A DNA stretch of 60,538 nucleotides, filler included, from Hausera hauseri (lineage: Eukaryota), in NCBI GenBank assembly GCA_046269625.1. It is 11 parts of 11 records of this genome, joined end to end, with 100 filler letters (N's around TTAATTAATTAA, not from the genome) between each part and the next. Parts side by side here need not be neighbours in the genome. Positions count along the whole stretch, not along the records: positions 55,512 to 60,538 come from JBJURY010357154.1; 10 more parts are not named here. The stretch is one strand, 5' to 3'. The position numbers and the translations under genes were made by a program. The notes beneath the pieces are model-generated. The model saw only the letters and a list, made by a program, of their open reading frames with translations. It made no database searches and was not told the DNA's origin. Of the stretch, positions 58,501 through 60,538 are shown in pieces (within the stretch, counting starts at the first letter, position 1; every line of letters begins with the position of its first letter).

Positions 58501-59757
58501 TTTAAGTACACGTGGAAATGTGTTGACGAATTGCTTCAAAGTTGAAGGCAATTGAGAGATTCGGTGATGATGGTGAAACAGCTTGAGTGGTAGCGGATGC
58601 AATTTGTGACTTTTTTGCTGACGTAAAGTCAATTGGTATTTGGTGCAAAACGGTCGAATTGAAAATGGTTGGATGAAGTGATTTCGTCGAGCGAATTAAC
58701 ATTGGTGACAATACCACCATTAACGACATCAAACTTCGACTGAATATCAATGCTATGATTTAAAAATTTACGGAATGAAATGTAATTATTACCGAAATTC
58801 GAATTAATTTGTGATTTCCTCAAAATTTATCTCCGCGTCCCGATCGACTGCGCGGTAGTCGAAATGCTATTTATGCGCTTGCTAACGCTGTCAGTGGTGC
58901 CGCTCCTCAGACATCGTTGACTGCAGTCAACCAATAAATTATACTGCGATAAAAAATCAGAAATTAGAATTGCCGTCTGGACATTGGCAACTGTGAACGT
59001 CCAGTGGAAAGGTGAAGGAAATTTTGGTAAGGTAAAAATAGTTTAGCCATGCCAGAAATGTGCAGCAGTTGACCCGAAACGGTGTATAAAGACTTGATTT
59101 GGAACGGCGAATTTTGGACAGGAAGTTTCTGGTAATAAAGAGATCGCTGCACCTGTGTCAATGAGGAAATCAACGGATTGCGTTGTAGGAGCGGTGATTG
59201 TAGCCCTTTAGGATAAAGACAGCAAAAGAGGCGTTTCGGCATTCAAAAGGTGAAACGGTGCTTTTATCAGAGTTTGCCGTGACTTCTGGGGCGAACTTAG
59301 TTTTTCTGGAAAGGTGAACTAGGACGACTATTAGAAGAAGAGGTAGCACGTCCGTCGTTCGTATCTGTTTTGAAAGTGCAGCCTGGATTTCTAAATTTTG
59401 GCGGTAAATGCAAACAACGGTGTCTGAAAAAAACTTTTATTGTAAAATCTGCATCCTAGGCAGCATTATTTGACACTTTTATTGAATCTGCTGTGATAAT
59501 AGCAGATAGGTGACCGCACAGGCGATGGTGACCGGTTTCTAGGTACAAGATGGGCGCGATCAGCGACAAAATCTCTTCGGCGAGACAGCGAAAGTTCATT
59601 TAGTTTATTATTAATATTACTAATTGTTGCGTGCAGTGATGTATTTTTAGCACGTAGTTGGCTGAGCTGTTGTTCAATTGATGCGTTGTTGCTGTGAATA
59701 TCGTGTGCAGCAATTGTTGCCGAAACGAATGGTGGGGAGTTTAAGTGTAGAACCTCA
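55600..59757 (-). mobile_element. Degenerate Gypsy/Ty3 retrotransposon (gag end, PR, RT, RH, IN)
   Basis: ICYYHSRF (gag), FLIDTGA (~59150-59170), MPFG and YIDD (~58000-58100), TTDAS, TDHKPL, HSIHHPG..CVAC, HIDIVGP, YHPQSNGLLERFHR, PRYLGPY; canonical Gypsy order with many frameshifts. No LTR identified. Confidence 0.92.
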
Positions 59758-59964
59758 GTAGATATATATGAGGACATGAGGCCAATCCCTCCTCCAGGGA
59801 AAGAAAGTAACCACACGTCTTCAGGAGGGGGTAAGGAAAACTGACCAATCAGAGAGCAGTATTCGGTAGACCCCCCAGAGAACAAAGGAATTTTTGGCCT
59901 CATTTGGTTTCACTATTCCCACCCCGAACAAAGACATTAGAACAAAGACCCCCATTGACCCTCT

Positions 59965-60050
59965 CAGGATAAAAATCGACCACCTCGAGATAAAAATTGA
60001 CCTCGAAATAAAAATTGACCCCCTCGAAATAAAAATTGACCCCCTCGAGG
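59965..60050. repeat. Short tandem array of ~18-21-bp units (ATAAAAATTGACCCCCTCGA)
   Basis: Four visible copies. Confidence 0.8.
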
Positions 60051-60174
60051 GATAACATGAAGCTATGCTAACAGAATCCGAGAAATAGTAAAATACTGGT
60101 TTATATTGTCATTTAAAAATTATGGAAATAAGTATAATAATCAATACAAACACAATAAATACAATTCAAAATTG

Positions 60175-60453
60175 TTATACTTGACATAGATTATCATGTT
60201 CTGGTCGTTTTTCTTCGGCGTCTTTGCTTTGTAAATCAATTTTTTCCGTTGACTTATGCCGCGACCTACCCGAATGACGAAGCTTAAACGTAACTAAAAG
60301 AAACAAGAGCCCGAGAGCAAGAAGTACAAGGCACCAAAGCAATAGAATAATGAATGTTGTTAAGCTCATTGAAAACAACGGTTTCTCGCTTGGAATAAGT
60401 GCTGTTTTGTTTATCATATATCCCAGAGACCAGCCGACAGTAGCATCATTGAC
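60175..60453 (-). CDS. Last exon of an E-NTPDase (CD39/GDA1 family ectonucleoside triphosphate diphosphohydrolase)
   Basis: Acceptor ..TTTAAATCAG|GTC; ACR5-like VGWSLGYMINKTALIPSEKP followed by a C-terminal TM helix and short tail. Confidence 0.85.
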   Translation of the reverse strand, partial: VNDATVGWSLGYMINKTALIPSEKPLFSMSLTTFIILLLWCLVLLALGLLFLLVTFKLRHSGRSRHKSTEKIDLQSKDAEEKRPEHDNLCQV

Positions 60454-60538
60454 CTGATTTAAACATTGATTCAAACGAGAATAAATTATTCAAAAATTAC
60501 GGATTTTTTTCAAGCACTTATGCAACATTACTCCTTCA

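Overview
This is not one continuous locus. It is 11 short eukaryotic (metazoan) contigs of about 4-7 kb, joined by identical artificial 100-nt linkers (N44-TTAATTAATTAA-N44). Content is dominated by mobile elements. Near-intact: a teleost-type DIRS1 tyrosine-recombinase retrotransposon, and a Penelope-like element (RT + GIY-YIG) with a minimal hammerhead ribozyme. Decayed: a rearranged fish-type endogenous retrovirus whose single LTR is flanked by both PPT and PBS, three Gypsy segments from two families, two Polinton/Maverick remnants (pPolB, c-integrase), and pogo, Tc1, mariner and hATm-type DNA transposons. Contig 3 is one long decayed polyprotein frame holding a chuvirus-type (class III) fusion glycoprotein, a probable ubiquitin-like domain, an AT-hook and a PTAP motif; this is the most unusual object in the window. 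Host-gene content: a spliced ASCC2 gene, one vertebrate ADAM12 exon, the last exon of an E-NTPDase, an orphan 371-aa ORF, and pseudogene fragments of PRPF8 (two copies), KAT7/HBO1 and LRRC49. Teleost-like and AT-rich invertebrate-like DNA occur together, sometimes within one contig, which suggests a host-contaminated or amplification-chimeric assembly. All family calls come from motif recognition by eye; no searches were run.
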